64,000 nucleotides of DNA from Escherichia coli (GTDB taxonomy: Bacteria; Pseudomonadota; Gammaproteobacteria; Enterobacterales; Enterobacteriaceae). The notes under the pieces are model-generated. The model did not search any database, had not been told where the DNA came from, and saw only the letters and a program-made list of their open reading frames with translations. The position numbers were made by a program, and so were the translations under genes. Of the stretch, positions 1-12,894 are shown in pieces (position 1 is the stretch's first letter; every line of letters begins with the position of its first letter). Where the stretch lies: assembly GCF_017348835.2 (NCBI RefSeq), contig NZ_CP071375.1. One strand, 5' to 3'.

Positions 1-1717
1 CCTGGCGGGTGGTGCGGAAAATACGCTGGCTTCTGTGCTCGACTGCACCGTCACGCCGATGGGCAGCCGTATGCTGAAACGCTGGCTGCATATGCCAGTG
101 CGCGATACCCGCGTGTTGCTTGAGCGCCAGCAAACTATTGGCGCATTGCAGGATTTCACCGCCGGGCTACAGCCGGTACTGCGTCAGGTCGGCGACCTGG
201 AACGTATTCTGGCACGTCTGGCTTTACGAACTGCTCGCCCACGCGATCTGGCCCGTATGCGCCACGCTTTCCAGCAACTGCCGGAGCTGCGTGCGCAGTT
301 AGAAACTGTCGCTAGTGCACCGGTACAGGCGCTACGTAAGAAGATGGGCGAGTTTGCCGAGCTGCGCGATCTGCTGGAGCGAGCAATCATCGACACACCG
401 CCGGTGCTGGTACGCGACGGTGGTGTTATCGCATCGGGCTATAACGAAGAGCTGGATGAGTGGCGCGCGCTGGCTGACGGCGCGACCGATTATCTGGAGC
501 GTCTGGAAGTCCGCGAGCGTGAACGTACCGGCCTGGACACGCTAAAAGTTGGCTTTAATGCGGTGCACGGCTACTACATTCAAATCAGCCGTGGGCAAAG
601 CCATCTGGCACCTATCAACTATATGCGTCGCCAGACGCTGAAAAACGCCGAGCGCTACATCATTCCAGAGCTAAAAGAGTACGAAGATAAAGTCCTCACT
701 TCAAAAGGCAAAGCACTGGCTCTGGAAAAACAGCTTTATGAAGAGCTGTTCGACCTGCTGTTGCCGCATCTGGAAGCGTTGCAACAGAGCGCGAGCGCGC
801 TGGCGGAACTCGACGTGCTGGTGAACCTGGCGGAACGGGCCTATACCCTGAACTACACCTGCCCGACCTTCATTGATAAACCGGGCATTCGCATTACCGA
901 AGGCCGCCATCCGGTGGTTGAACAGGTGCTGAACGAGCCATTTATCGCCAACCCGCTGAATCTGTCACCGCAGCGCCGGATGTTGATTATTACCGGTCCG
1001 AACATGGGCGGTAAAAGTACCTATATGCGCCAGACCGCACTGATTGCGCTGATGGCCTATATCGGCAGCTACGTACCGGCGCAAAAAGTCGAGATTGGCC
1101 CGATTGACCGTATCTTTACCCGCGTAGGGGCAGCGGATGATCTGGCTTCCGGGCGTTCAACCTTTATGGTGGAGATGACCGAAACCGCTAATATTCTGCA
1201 TAACGCCACCGAGTACAGTCTGGTGCTGATGGATGAGATTGGGCGCGGAACGTCCACTTACGATGGTCTGTCGCTGGCGTGGGCGTGCGCGGAAAATCTG
1301 GCGAATAAGATTAAGGCGTTGACGCTGTTTGCCACCCACTATTTCGAGCTGACCCAGTTACCGGAGAAAATGGAAGGCGTCGCCAACGTGCATCTCGATG
1401 CACTGGAGCACGGCGACACCATTGCCTTTATGCATAGCGTGCAGGATGGCGCGGCGAGCAAAAGCTACGGCCTGGCGGTTGCAGCTCTGGCCGGCGTGCC
1501 AAAAGAGGTTATTAAGCGCGCACGGCAAAAACTGCGTGAGCTGGAAAGCATTTCGCCGAACGCCGCCGCTACGCAAGTGGATGGTACGCAAATGTCTTTG
1601 CTGGCAGTGCCAGAAGAAACCTCGCCTGCGGTCGAGGCACTGGAAAACCTCGATCCGGATTCACTCACCCCGCGTCAGGCGCTGGAGTGGATTTATCGCT
1701 TGAAGAGTCTGGTATAA
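1..1717 (+). CDS. mutS: DNA mismatch repair protein MutS, C-terminal ~570 aa (5' end lies outside the window)
   Basis: Reading frame is open from position 2 ([29 protein letters not shown]...). Walker A motif GPNMGGKST and the MutS C-terminal dimerisation region are present; stop at 1715-1717. Confidence 0.95.
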   Translation, partial: LAGGAENTLASVLDCTVTPMGSRMLKRWLHMPVRDTRVLLERQQTIGALQDFTAGLQPVLRQVGDLERILARLALRTARPRDLARMRHAFQQLPELRAQLETVASAPVQALRKKMGEFAELRDLLERAIIDTPPVLVRDGGVIASGYNEELDEWRALADGATDYLERLEVRERERTGLDTLKVGFNAVHGYYIQISRGQSHLAPINYMRRQTLKNAERYIIPELKEYEDKVLTSKGKALALEKQLYEELFDLLLPHLEALQQSASALAELDVLVNLAERAYTLNYTCPTFIDKPGIRITEGRHPVVEQVLNEPFIANPLNLSPQRRMLIITGPNMGGKSTYMRQTALIALMAYIGSYVPAQKVEIGPIDRIFTRVGAADDLASGRSTFMVEMTETANILHNATEYSLVLMDEIGRGTSTYDGLSLAWACAENLANKIKALTLFATHYFELTQLPEKMEGVANVHLDALEHGDTIAFMHSVQDGAASKSYGLAVAALAGVPKEVIKRARQKLRELESISPNAAATQVDGTQMSLLAVPEETSPAVEALENLDPDSLTPRQALEWIYRLKSLV

Positions 1718-1822
1718 TTATAATTCCCGGTAGAAAAATACTATCGGGAATATTATCTACAGCTGACGAATCAAATAAAAATACCCTGTATAATAGGAAA
1801 GCTTATTTTACAGGGTAAAACC

Positions 1823-2479
1823 ATGCCATCTACACGCTATCAAAAAATCAATGCCCATCACTATCGCCATATATGGGTCGTTGGTGATATTCATGGTGAA
1901 TATCAGTTATTACAATCCCGCTTACATCAACTCTCTTTTTTCCCCGAAACCGACTTACTTATTTCTGTCGGCGATAATATTGATCGTGGGCCGGAGAGTC
2001 TTAACGTCCTGCGCCTGCTAAACCAGCCCTGGTTTATCTCCGTTAAAGGCAACCACGAAGCAATGGCGCTGGATGCGTTCGCGACCGGCGATGGCAATAT
2101 GTGGCTTGCCAGCGGTGGTGACTGGTTTTTCGATTTAAATGATTCAGAGCAAAAAGAAGCTACAGATCTGTTGCTGAAATTCCATCACCTTCCACATATT
2201 ATTGAAATCACTAACGACAACATAAAATATGTCATCGCACATGCAGATTATCCGGGGAGTGAATATCTCTTTGGTAAAGAAATAGCGGAGAGCGAATTAC
2301 TCTGGCCTGTTGATCGTGTGCAGAAATCGCTTAATGGCGAGTTACAACAAATAAACGGCGCTGATTATTTTATATTTGGACATATGATGTTTGATAACAT
2401 TCAGACGTTCGCTAACCAGATTTATATTGATACCGGATCGCCGAAAAGCGGGCGGCTGTCATTTTATAAAATAAAGTAA
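1823..2479 (+). CDS. pphB: Serine/threonine protein phosphatase 2 (calcineurin-like metallophosphoesterase)
   Basis: 218 aa with the metallophosphatase motifs GDIHG, GDNIDRG and GNHE; lies immediately downstream of mutS as in E. coli. Confidence 0.85.
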   Translation: MPSTRYQKINAHHYRHIWVVGDIHGEYQLLQSRLHQLSFFPETDLLISVGDNIDRGPESLNVLRLLNQPWFISVKGNHEAMALDAFATGDGNMWLASGGDWFFDLNDSEQKEATDLLLKFHHLPHIIEITNDNIKYVIAHADYPGSEYLFGKEIAESELLWPVDRVQKSLNGELQQINGADYFIFGHMMFDNIQTFANQIYIDTGSPKSGRLSFYKIK

Positions 2480-2519
2480 TGAGGCCGGGTAAAGCAAAGC
2501 CACTACCCGGCACTTTTTA

Positions 2520-2756
2520 TTAGCGCTTACCTTCCGCCAGCAGCGGCGGGATGCTCGGCACCATTGGCGCGTCATCAATATCTTTCTGCGTCATGCGGAA
2601 CGCTTCGGGATAATGTTCGCGGCTGGTACGGCGCAGCGGTTCGGTATCGCGCCAGGTATAAAGGCAATGCTGGCACTGATATACCGTCCAGACATCTTTC
2701 ACCGGCGATTTCGCCATCACTTCAATCTGTTCATCGGCACAACGTGGACAAATCAT
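2520..2756 (-). CDS. Small subunit of a UbiD-type phenolic acid decarboxylase (BsdD/VdcD-like), Cys4 zinc-ribbon-like
   Basis: 78 aa with CPRC...CQHC; last gene of a three-gene minus-strand operon after the UbiX-like and UbiD-like genes (B-C-D order). Confidence 0.65.
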   Translation of the reverse strand: MICPRCADEQIEVMAKSPVKDVWTVYQCQHCLYTWRDTEPLRRTSREHYPEAFRMTQKDIDDAPMVPSIPPLLAEGKR

Positions 2757-2766
2757 CTTGTTCTCC

Positions 2767-4194
2767 TTATTTACGTGCGGCCAGCATAGCGGTCAGTTTT
2801 TCAGCCCAGGCTTTGGTTTCCGGCAAATCCACCACCGGCTGGCTGTAGTGACCACGGTTGTCCGGGGCGACAGGCGTGGTGGCGTCGATAATCAGCTTGT
2901 CGGTGATCCCCGCCTGGCTTGAGCCAGGGTCGAGTTCCAGCACGGACATATTCGGCAACTGCACCAAATCCCCTGCCGGATTTACTTTCGAGGAGAGCGC
3001 CCACATCACCTGCGGCAGGTTGAACGGGTCAACGTCTTCATCGACCATAATCACCATCTTTACGTAGCCCAGACCGTGCGGCGTGGTCATCGCACGCAGG
3101 CCCACCGCGCGGGCAAAGCCGCCGTAGCGTTTTTTGGTGGAGATAATCGCCAGCAGGCCGTGGGTGTACATGGCGTTTACCGCCTGCACTTCCGGGAACT
3201 CGGCTTTCAGTTGTTGATACAGCGGCACGCAGGTGGCAGGCCCCATCAGGTAGTCGATTTCGGTCCACGGCATGCCGAGGTACAGCGATTCGAAAATCGG
3301 CCTGGTGCGGTAAGAGACTTTATCGATGCGCACCACGGTCATGTTACGCCCGCCGGAGTAGTGTCCGGTAAACTCACCGAACGGCCCTTCGATTTCGCGT
3401 TTACGGCTTTCGATGACCCCTTCGAGGATCACTTCTGAACCCCACGGCACATCAAAACCGGTCAGCGGGGCGGTGGCGATCGGGTACGGGCTTTCACGCA
3501 GCGCGCCTGCCATTTCATACTCAGACTGATCGTATTTCAGCGGCGTGGCCCCCATCAGCGTGATGATCGGATCGTTACCGAGCGTGATCGCAATCGGCAG
3601 ATCTTCACCGCGCTCTTCTGCTTTATGCAGATGCAGGGCGATATCGTGCATCGGCACCGGTTGCAGGCCGAGCTTACGCTTGCCCTTCACTTCCATGCGG
3701 TAGATGCCGACGTTCTGCTTGCCGAAGTTATCCGGGTCGAGCGGATCGCGGGAAACCACGCAGGCTTTGTCGAGATAGAAACCGCCATCGCCATCGTTTA
3801 AACGAAACAGCGGCAGGATATCGAACAGGTTAATCTCGTCGCTATCAACGGTGTTCTGCGCCCAGGCAGGATTGGCGCGGCGCTCCGGGGCAATCGGGAA
3901 GTTATCCCAGCGGCGGATAAACTCATCAATCTGCTTTTTGACCGGGGTGTTTGGTGGCAGGCCAAGGGAAATCGCGTGGTTCTGCCAGGAACCGATGGTA
4001 TTCATCGCCACGCGGGCATCGGTAAAGCCGCGAATATTATCAAACCACAGCGCGGGCGCGCCGTCGCCGATACGCCCGGTGGCGTTAGCTGCTGCTGCCA
4101 GATCCGGTTCCGCGTTCACCTCTTCGCTGATTTTCAGTAACTGGCCGTGGTCATCAAGCGCCTGTAAAAAGCTGCGTAAATCATCAAATGCCAT
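2767..4194 (-). CDS. UbiD-family (prFMN-dependent) decarboxylase, BsdC/VdcC-like
   Basis: 475 aa with overall UbiD-family character; its start overlaps the stop of the upstream UbiX-like gene at 4194. Confidence 0.85.
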   Translation of the reverse strand: MAFDDLRSFLQALDDHGQLLKISEEVNAEPDLAAAANATGRIGDGAPALWFDNIRGFTDARVAMNTIGSWQNHAISLGLPPNTPVKKQIDEFIRRWDNFPIAPERRANPAWAQNTVDSDEINLFDILPLFRLNDGDGGFYLDKACVVSRDPLDPDNFGKQNVGIYRMEVKGKRKLGLQPVPMHDIALHLHKAEERGEDLPIAITLGNDPIITLMGATPLKYDQSEYEMAGALRESPYPIATAPLTGFDVPWGSEVILEGVIESRKREIEGPFGEFTGHYSGGRNMTVVRIDKVSYRTRPIFESLYLGMPWTEIDYLMGPATCVPLYQQLKAEFPEVQAVNAMYTHGLLAIISTKKRYGGFARAVGLRAMTTPHGLGYVKMVIMVDEDVDPFNLPQVMWALSSKVNPAGDLVQLPNMSVLELDPGSSQAGITDKLIIDATTPVAPDNRGHYSQPVVDLPETKAWAEKLTAMLAARK

Positions 4195-4787
4195 TATTCA
4201 TTCTCCTGAGAAAAATTCCGGGCCTGCGGCAATCCTTGCCAGCGCCTGGCGTGGGGATGTTCGAGGCCAAATTGATCCAGCACGCGGGCTACCACATGGT
4301 GGACAATGTCATCTACCGTTTCGGGATGGTTATAAAAGGCAGGCATCGGCGGCACCATCGCCACGCCCATGCGTGAAAGTGCGAGCATATTTTCGAGATG
4401 GATGGTGCTAAGCGGCATTTCACGCGGCACCAGCACCAGTTTGCGGCCTTCTTTGAGCACGACGTCCGCCGCGCGCCCTACCAGGCCATCAGCGTAACCA
4501 GCGCGGATACCGGCGAGCGTTTTCATACTGCACGGAATAACGATCATGCCGTCGGTACGAAAAGAACCTGAGGAGATGGTCGCCGCCTGATCCGCCGGTT
4601 TATGGCTGAAGTCAGCGAGGGCAGCAACATCGCGGGCGCTGTAAGGCGTTTCCAGTTCAATGGTGGTTTTCGCCCACTTCGACATCACCAGATGAGTCTC
4701 GACATTCGGCATCTCCCGCAGCGCTTGCAGTAATGCCACACCAAGAGGCGCACCGGTAGCCCCTGTCATCCCGACGATCAGTTTCAT
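4194..4787 (-). CDS. UbiX-family flavin prenyltransferase (Pad1/BsdB/VdcB-like)
   Basis: 197 aa, MKLIVGMTGATGA N-terminus and SGSF...IPCSMKTLAGI motifs typical of UbiX/Pad1. Confidence 0.85.
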   Translation of the reverse strand: MKLIVGMTGATGAPLGVALLQALREMPNVETHLVMSKWAKTTIELETPYSARDVAALADFSHKPADQAATISSGSFRTDGMIVIPCSMKTLAGIRAGYADGLVGRAADVVLKEGRKLVLVPREMPLSTIHLENMLALSRMGVAMVPPMPAFYNHPETVDDIVHHVVARVLDQFGLEHPHARRWQGLPQARNFSQENE

Positions 4788-4933
4788 TGCTTACTCTCTT
4801 AATTGTTCGTATACGAACGTTATTGTTAACATACTCCTTCATTTCCACAGCGGCAAGGATTGAAAAGTAACAACATCTTCTTCGTCACTAAAAAACCGCT
4901 ATGATAGCGACAGAGAATTAGCCCGGAGTTTAC

Positions 4934-5341
4934 ATGGCGTTACGAAAAAAAGCGTTCCATCAGTTACGACAGCTTTTTCAGCAGCACACGGCTCGCTGGC
5001 AGCACGAGTTACCTGACCTGACCAAACCACAGTATGCGGTGATGCGCGCCATTGCTGATAAGCCTGGTATCGAACAGGTGGCACTGATAGAAGCAGCAGT
5101 CAGCACCAAAGCAACGTTGGCAGAAATGTTGGCAAGAATGGAGAATCGTGGCTTAGTCAGACGTGAACATGATGTCGCTGACAAGCGGCGTCGCTTTGTC
5201 TGGCTGACTGCCGAAGGAGAAAAGATACTTGCTGCGGCGATACCGATTGGTGACAGCGTGGATGAGGAATTTTTGGGGCGTTTGAGTGTAGAAGAGCAGG
5301 AGCTGTTTATGCAGTTGGTGCGCAAGATGATGAGCACATAG
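4934..5341 (+). CDS. MarR/SlyA-family transcriptional regulator
   Basis: 135 aa with a winged-helix MarR-like core; divergent from the decarboxylase operon, suggesting it regulates it. Confidence 0.8.
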   Translation: MALRKKAFHQLRQLFQQHTARWQHELPDLTKPQYAVMRAIADKPGIEQVALIEAAVSTKATLAEMLARMENRGLVRREHDVADKRRRFVWLTAEGEKILAAAIPIGDSVDEEFLGRLSVEEQELFMQLVRKMMST

Positions 5342-5460
5342 AATGCTGATTGCCGGGTAGGACGCTGACGTGTCTTATCCAGGCGACAAAAACACAAGCT
5401 TCCCAAACAAAAGAAAAAGGCCAGCCTCGCTTGAGACTGGCCTTTCTGACAGATGCTTAC

Positions 5461-6453
5461 TTATTCGCGGAACAGCGCTTCGATATTCAGCCCCTGCGTT
5501 TGCAGGATTTCGCGCAAACGGCGCAGGCCTTCAACCTGAATCTGGCGAACACGTTCACGGGTGAGGCCAATTTCACGACCTACATCTTCCAGTGTTGCCG
5601 CTTCGTACCCCAGCAAACCGAATCGACGTGCCAGCACTTCACGCTGTTTGGCGTTCAGCTCGAACAGCCATTTGACGATGCTCTGCTTCATATCGTCATC
5701 TTGCGTGGTATCTTCCGGACCGTTCTCTTTTTCATCGGCCAGGATGTCCAGCAACGCTTTTTCGGAATCACCACCCAGCGGGGTGTCTACCGAGGTAATG
5801 CGCTCGTTAAGACGAAGCATACGGCTGACGTCATCAACTGGCTTATCCAGTTGCTCTGCGATCTCTTCCGCACTTGGTTCATGGTCCAGTTTATGGGACA
5901 ACTCGCGTGCGGTTCGCAGGTAAACGTTCAGCTCCTTTACGATGTGAATCGGCAAACGAATAGTACGGGTTTGGTTCATAATCGCCCGTTCAATCGTCTG
6001 GCGAATCCACCAGGTTGCATATGTTGAGAAGCGGAAACCACGTTCCGGGTCAAACTTCTCTACCGCGCGGATCAGCCCCAGGTTGCCCTCTTCGATAAGG
6101 TCCAGCAACGCCAGACCACGATTGCCATAACGGCGGGCAATTTTTACCACCAGACGCAAGTTACTCTCGATCATCCGGCGGCGAGAGGCGACATCTCCAC
6201 GCAGTGCGCGACGCGCAAAATAAACTTCTTCTTCGGCCGTTAACAGTGGTGAATAACCAATCTCACCAAGGTAAAGCTGAGTCGCGTCCAACACACGTTG
6301 TGTGGCTCCCTGCGATAACAGTTCCTCTTCGGCCAAATCGTTATCACTGGGTTCCTCTTCTACTAAGGCCTTTTCGTCAAAAACCTCAACTCCGTTCTCA
6401 TCAAATTCCGCATCTTCATTTAAATCATGAACTTTCAGCGTATTCTGACTCAT
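5461..6453 (-). CDS. rpoS: RNA polymerase sigma factor RpoS (sigma-S/sigma-38)
   Basis: 330 aa from [21 protein letters not shown]; the ORF-track start is 12 codons upstream of the conserved start. Codon 33 is Glu. Confidence 0.97.
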   Translation of the reverse strand: MSQNTLKVHDLNEDAEFDENGVEVFDEKALVEEEPSDNDLAEEELLSQGATQRVLDATQLYLGEIGYSPLLTAEEEVYFARRALRGDVASRRRMIESNLRLVVKIARRYGNRGLALLDLIEEGNLGLIRAVEKFDPERGFRFSTYATWWIRQTIERAIMNQTRTIRLPIHIVKELNVYLRTARELSHKLDHEPSAEEIAEQLDKPVDDVSRMLRLNERITSVDTPLGGDSEKALLDILADEKENGPEDTTQDDDMKQSIVKWLFELNAKQREVLARRFGLLGYEAATLEDVGREIGLTRERVRQIQVEGLRRLREILQTQGLNIEALFRE

Positions 6454-6515
6454 AAGGTGGCTCCTACCCGTGATCCCTTGACGGAACATTCAAGCAAAAG
6501 CCTGGTTCCGCCGAT

Positions 6516-7655
6516 TTATCGCTGCGGCAAATAACGCAGCGGGTTTACGGATTTCCCCTTGTAACGAATTTCAAAATGCAAGCGTGTTGAACTGGTTCCG
6601 GTGCTACCCATGGTTGCTATTTTTTGCCCCGCCTTCACTTCTTGTTGTTCCCGGACCAGCATTGTGTCGTTATGGGCGTAGGCACTCAGGTAATCATCAT
6701 TATGTTTGATGATAATCAGATTACCGTAGCCGCGCAGCGCGTTACCGGCATAAACAACGCGGCCATCTGCGGTCGCGATAATTGCCTGTCCTTTGCTGCC
6801 TGCGATATCAATCCCCTTGTTGCCCCCCTCAGAAGCGCCAAAGGTTTCGATCACTTTGCCCTCAGTCGGCCAGCGCCAGGTGGAGATAGGCGTACTGGTT
6901 GATGTACTGCTGACAGTCGGCTCGGTTGTGCTTGCTGTTGGTACCGTTACAGGCGCTGTGACCGTGGTCGCAGTTGGCTTGTTGTTCGGCAACATTTTGT
7001 TAGCACTCTGTTCACCCGAAGACTCAGAATACGTAATTGTCGGTTGCGACGCAACAGCAACGGTGGAATTTTGTGCAGGCTTGATCACAACTCCTTGCTC
7101 TGCTGCGTCGGCCTGGGTAATGGCATTTCCGCCAGTGATTGGCGTACCGGAAGCATTACCCACCTGCAAGGTCTGACCAACGTTCAGCGCGTATGGTGCC
7201 TGAATATTGTTGCGCTGAGCAAGGTCACGGAAATCGTTGCCAGTAATCCAGGCGATATAGAAAAGTGTGTCGCCTTTTTTCACGGTATAGGTACTGCCGC
7301 TATAACTGCCTTTCGGAATGTTCCCATACTGACGGTTGTAGACGATACGTCCGTTTTCCATCTGTACCGGCTGCTGAGCTACTGGCTGCACTGGCTGGAT
7401 TTGCGGTTGTTGAGTAGCCTGAATTTGTGGCTGCTGTACCGGCTGAATTTGCGGTTGCTGGGTTGTAGACGTCGTTCCCATTTTCGGCGGTGGCGTAATC
7501 AACATACCAGAATTGGTATTTGCTGGCGCATTGCCATTAACGGAGCTGACCGGTGCCGGTGGATTTGAAGTGTCAGAACAGCCTGCCAGCCATAGCGAAA
7601 CCAGTGACAAAGCCGCAATGCGGCGAACGGTGAATTTTGGGCTTCCCGCGCTCAT
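6516..7655 (-). CDS. nlpD: Murein hydrolase activator lipoprotein NlpD (LysM + M23 peptidase domains)
   Basis: Lipobox LAGC near the N-terminus, Q/P-rich repeat linker, LysM and LytM domains; directly upstream of rpoS. Confidence 0.95.
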   Translation of the reverse strand: MSAGSPKFTVRRIAALSLVSLWLAGCSDTSNPPAPVSSVNGNAPANTNSGMLITPPPKMGTTSTTQQPQIQPVQQPQIQATQQPQIQPVQPVAQQPVQMENGRIVYNRQYGNIPKGSYSGSTYTVKKGDTLFYIAWITGNDFRDLAQRNNIQAPYALNVGQTLQVGNASGTPITGGNAITQADAAEQGVVIKPAQNSTVAVASQPTITYSESSGEQSANKMLPNNKPTATTVTAPVTVPTASTTEPTVSSTSTSTPISTWRWPTEGKVIETFGASEGGNKGIDIAGSKGQAIIATADGRVVYAGNALRGYGNLIIIKHNDDYLSAYAHNDTMLVREQQEVKAGQKIATMGSTGTSSTRLHFEIRYKGKSVNPLRYLPQR

Positions 7656-7794
7656 TTATCCCCCAGGAAAAATTGGTTAATAACCAGTGACATAATTACC
7701 GTGCAAGGCACCATACTGAACACTGGAAAAGATGTTCACGATACGCTGACCTACGGCAAAATAACCAGGAAAAATCCAGGTATTTCCTCACGTT

Positions 7795-9156
<1,362 letters not shown>

Positions 9157-9176
<20 letters not shown>

Positions 9177-10206
9177 AATCACCTGTTGTGTTGATAAGTT
9201 CCCTGACAACGCTGGTTGCAAAACTACCCGCAGGAAGCCAGAAACGGATCTCTACGGTGACGTCATCCCACCAGTTCCAGCTTAATTGTTGCGGATACAG
9301 CAGCATCGCTCTGCGCGCGGCTTCAACTTTTTCGCGCACCAGTAAGGTTTGTAATTCAGTTTCTGCGGCGACCGCTGCTTGTTCGAATGCCAACGCTTCA
9401 CGCTGAGTTCCCCATTCGCCACTGCCCGGCAATGCGGCGGTTATCATCAGCTCTTTATCGTTGACGCGACGCTGTAATTCCGCCAGTTCTTCGGTGGTTG
9501 CGACAAACCAGCTACCACGTCCGGCTAATTGTAGCGCATCGCCGTCAACAACTTGATTAACGTCTGCTTTTTTGAGGCGCTCAGCAACAATCTGATTAAA
9601 CAACGCACTGCGGGCTGCCGACAACCAAAAACTCCGTTTATTGCGATCGCGCACCGGAGTATTGGTTTGCGCCCAGCGCAGCGCGCCCTGCAAGTTGCTA
9701 CCGCCAATCCCAAAACGTTGGGCACCGAAGTAGTTCGGTACACCTTTTACGCAAATATCGATCAGACGTTGTTCAACGTCATCGCGATTGCTCACTTCGC
9801 GCAGAACCAGGGTAAAGGCGTTTCCTTTCAGCGCCCCTAAACGCAGCTTGCGCTTGTGCCGCGCATACTCCAGCACCTGGCAGCCTTCCAGTTGAAAGGC
9901 GCTCAGATCGGGCATTTCCTTGCCCGGCACGCGAGCGCATAACCACTGTTCCGTAACAGCATGTTTGTCTTTTTGCCCAGCGAAGCTGACTTCACGGGCA
10001 TGAATTTTCAGGAATTTCGCCAGTGCATCCGCCACAAAACGGGTATTGCAGCCGTTTTTGAGGATTCTAACCAGAATATGCTCACCTTCACCATCAGGCT
10101 CAAAGCCCAAATCTTCCACCACCACAAAGTCTTCCGGATTGGCTTTCAGCAGCCCGGTGCCTTGCGGTTTACCGTGGAGGTAAGTGAGATTATCAAACTC
10201 AATCAT
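9157..10206 (-). CDS. truD: tRNA pseudouridine(13) synthase TruD
   Basis: 349 aa; conserved position in the surE-truD-ispF-ispD cluster. Confidence 0.93.
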
Positions 10207-10682
10207 TTTGTTGCCTTAATGAGTAGCGCCACCGCTTCACAGGCAATCCCTTCCCCACGTCCGGTAAATCCAAGTTTTTCCGTAGTAGTGGCTTTCACGT
10301 TAACATCATCCATATGGCAGCCGAGATCTTCGGCAATAAACACGCGCATTTGTGGAATGTGCGGCAACATCTTCGGTGCCTGAGCGATGATAGTGACATC
10401 GACGTTGCCAAGGGTATAACCCTTCGCCTGAATACGACGCCAGGCTTCGCGTAGCAGCTCGCGGCTGTCGGCACCTTTAAATGCCGGATCGGTATCCGGG
10501 AACAGTTTGCCGATATCCCCCAGCGCCGCCGCGCCAAGCAATGCATCGGTCAACGCATGGAGCGCCACGTCGCCATCAGAATGCGCCAGCAATCCTTTTT
10601 TGTAAGGAATGCGTACGCCACCAATGATAATTGGGCCTTCACCGCCAAAGGCGTGTACGTCAAAACCGTGTCCAATTCGCAT
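10203..10682 (-). CDS. ispF: 2-C-methyl-D-erythritol 2,4-cyclodiphosphate synthase
   Basis: 159 aa, [14 protein letters not shown]-terminus. Confidence 0.95.
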   Translation of the reverse strand: MRIGHGFDVHAFGGEGPIIIGGVRIPYKKGLLAHSDGDVALHALTDALLGAAALGDIGKLFPDTDPAFKGADSRELLREAWRRIQAKGYTLGNVDVTIIAQAPKMLPHIPQMRVFIAEDLGCHMDDVNVKATTTEKLGFTGRGEGIACEAVALLIKATK

Positions 10683-11392
10683 TATGTATTCTCCTGATGG
10701 ATGGTTCGGGTGAGGTAAAACTCGGCCAGTGCCAAATCTTCCGGGCGCGTGACTTTAATGTTATCCGCGCGGCCTTCGACCAACTGAGGATGGAATCCGC
10801 AATATTCCAGCGCCGAGGCTTCATCGGTAATGGTAGCGCCTTCATTTAGAGCGCGCGTCAGGCAGTCATGTAACAGCTCACGAGGGAAAAATTGCGGCGT
10901 CAGCGCGTGCCATAAGCCGTTGCGATCAACGGTATGAGCAATGGCATTTTTGCCCGGTTCGGCACGTTTCATAGTATCGCGCACTGGTGCGGCGAGGATC
11001 CCCCCCGTGCGGCTGGTTTCGCTCAACGCCAACAATCGCGCGAGGTCATCCTGATGCAGACAAGGACGAGCGGCGTCATGCACCAATACCCACTGCGCGT
11101 CGCCAGCGGCTTTCAGACCTGCCAGCACGGAATCGGCACGCTCATCACCGCCATCTACAACGGTGATTTGCGGATGATTCGCCAGAGGAAGTTGTGCAAA
11201 ACGGCTATCGCCAGGACTTATGGCAATGACGACACGTTTCACCCGGGGATGCGCCAGCAGCGCATGCACCGAGTGTTCAAGAATGGTTTGATTACCGATT
11301 GAGAGATATTGCTTAGGACATTCCGTTTGCATTCGACGGCCAAATCCGGCCGCCGGAACCACGGCGCAAACATCCAAATGAGTGGTTGCCAT
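10682..11392 (-). CDS. ispD: 2-C-methyl-D-erythritol 4-phosphate cytidylyltransferase
   Basis: 236 aa; [11 protein letters not shown] motif; stop overlaps the ispF start. Confidence 0.95.
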   Translation of the reverse strand: MATTHLDVCAVVPAAGFGRRMQTECPKQYLSIGNQTILEHSVHALLAHPRVKRVVIAISPGDSRFAQLPLANHPQITVVDGGDERADSVLAGLKAAGDAQWVLVHDAARPCLHQDDLARLLALSETSRTGGILAAPVRDTMKRAEPGKNAIAHTVDRNGLWHALTPQFFPRELLHDCLTRALNEGATITDEASALEYCGFHPQLVEGRADNIKVTRPEDLALAEFYLTRTIHQENT

Positions 11393-11410
11393 GTTAATTC
11401 CCGGGCTGAT

Positions 11411-11722
11411 TTATCGATTGTTTTGCCCCGCAGACTGTGCGCGCTTCGACGCGTCAGGTATCAGACGATAAAAAGTTTCGCCCGGCCTGGTCATGCTGAG
11501 TTCATTACGCGCACGCTCTTCGAGCGCCTCCTGGCCGCCATTGAGATCGTCAATTTCGGCAAAAAGTTGATCGTTTCGCGCTTTAAGTTTCGCGTTTGTA
11601 GCTTGCTGTGCCGCCACATCATCATTGACGCGGGTATAGTCATGTATACCGTTCTTACCGAACCACAGCGAATACTGTAGCCAGACCAGAATAGCCAGCA
11701 ACAGCAGCGTTAGTTTACCCAT
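11411..11722 (-). CDS. ftsB: Cell division protein FtsB
   Basis: 103 aa, N-terminal transmembrane helix followed by a coiled coil. Confidence 0.93.
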   Translation of the reverse strand: MGKLTLLLLAILVWLQYSLWFGKNGIHDYTRVNDDVAAQQATNAKLKARNDQLFAEIDDLNGGQEALEERARNELSMTRPGETFYRLIPDASKRAQSAGQNNR

Positions 11723-11915
11723 CCTGCCCCCTGAAAAACGGCATCATCATCCCATGCATCCGAAGACGACTCTACATCCTCTGTTGGGGATACCGCGACA
11801 ACGCGGGCAAATGTACCACATTTGTCCATTGTTACGTATACCCAGGGCGTGCAGAACATAATCTCATTATTAGTTACGGTTTGAATTATGAACAGAGGAG
11901 ACAAGAAAGTACAAA

Positions 11916-12239
11916 TTAGCCCAGTAGCCACATAAACAGTGCGCCAAACATAATGCCTACTGTCATCAGGGTGAAAACAATACTGTAGCGTAGCTTTCCG
12001 TCCATCAATGAATGCAGCGCAATCCCCACCACTACCGCGACGGGCATCAGCGCAAGAAAGAAAGGCCAGGTGTAGATAAAGAAGAACAGCGTGTTAGAGC
12101 CATAAATCAACATCGGCATCGCCAGCGCAAATAACCAGGAGATAAAACCGACCACGGCACCAGGCAGTGACCATGTGGTTTCTTCATCCTCAGTAAGGCT
12201 GTCGTTATTTGTTAGTGTAATGTTATGGCTATTACGCAT
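11916..12239 (-). CDS. ygbE: Inner membrane protein YgbE (DUF3561)
   Basis: 107 aa, hydrophobic; conserved position between ftsB and cysC. Confidence 0.8.
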   Translation of the reverse strand: MRNSHNITLTNNDSLTEDEETTWSLPGAVVGFISWLFALAMPMLIYGSNTLFFFIYTWPFFLALMPVAVVVGIALHSLMDGKLRYSIVFTLMTVGIMFGALFMWLLG

Positions 12240-12288
12240 ATTTGATCCTGTTACTTTGACGAACCGGGCATGGAAACCCGGTGGTGTC

Positions 12289-12894
12289 TCAGGATCTGAT
12301 AATATCGTTCTGTCTCAACAGATCTAATAATTGCTGTACCAAATTTGTTACTAATTGTTCACCATTGAGATGAATTTCTGCCGATTCAGGCGCTTCGTAA
12401 ACGGAATCTATTCCCGTAAAGTTGCGCAGTTCACCGGCACGCGCTTTCTTATATAAGCCTTTTGGATCGCGGGCTTCGCAAATCGCCAGCGGCGTATCGA
12501 CAAACACTTCGATAAAGCGCCCTTCTCCTACGCGTTCGCGAACCATCTGGCGTTCGGCGCGGTGTGGCGAGATAAATGCGGTCAGCACCACCAGTCCGGC
12601 TTCAACCATCAAATTCGCCACTTCACCGACGCGACGGATATTCTCTTTACGATCGGCATCGCTAAAACCGAGATCGCTGCATAATCCGTGGCGAACATTA
12701 TCGCCATCCAGCAGATACGTACTGACGCCGAGTTTATGTAACGTCTCCTCCAGCGCCCCGGCGACCGTTGATTTACCGGACCCGGAGAGGCCGGTAAACC
12801 ACAGCACTACACCACGATGACCGTGGTGTAGCTCGCGTTGTTGCACAGTGACCGGATGGCTATGCCAGACGACGTTTTCGTCATGCAGCGCCAT
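12289..12894 (-). CDS. cysC: Adenylyl-sulfate kinase
   Basis: 201 aa; P-loop GLSGSGKST. Confidence 0.95.
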   Translation of the reverse strand: MALHDENVVWHSHPVTVQQRELHHGHRGVVLWFTGLSGSGKSTVAGALEETLHKLGVSTYLLDGDNVRHGLCSDLGFSDADRKENIRRVGEVANLMVEAGLVVLTAFISPHRAERQMVRERVGEGRFIEVFVDTPLAICEARDPKGLYKKARAGELRNFTGIDSVYEAPESAEIHLNGEQLVTNLVQQLLDLLRQNDIIRS

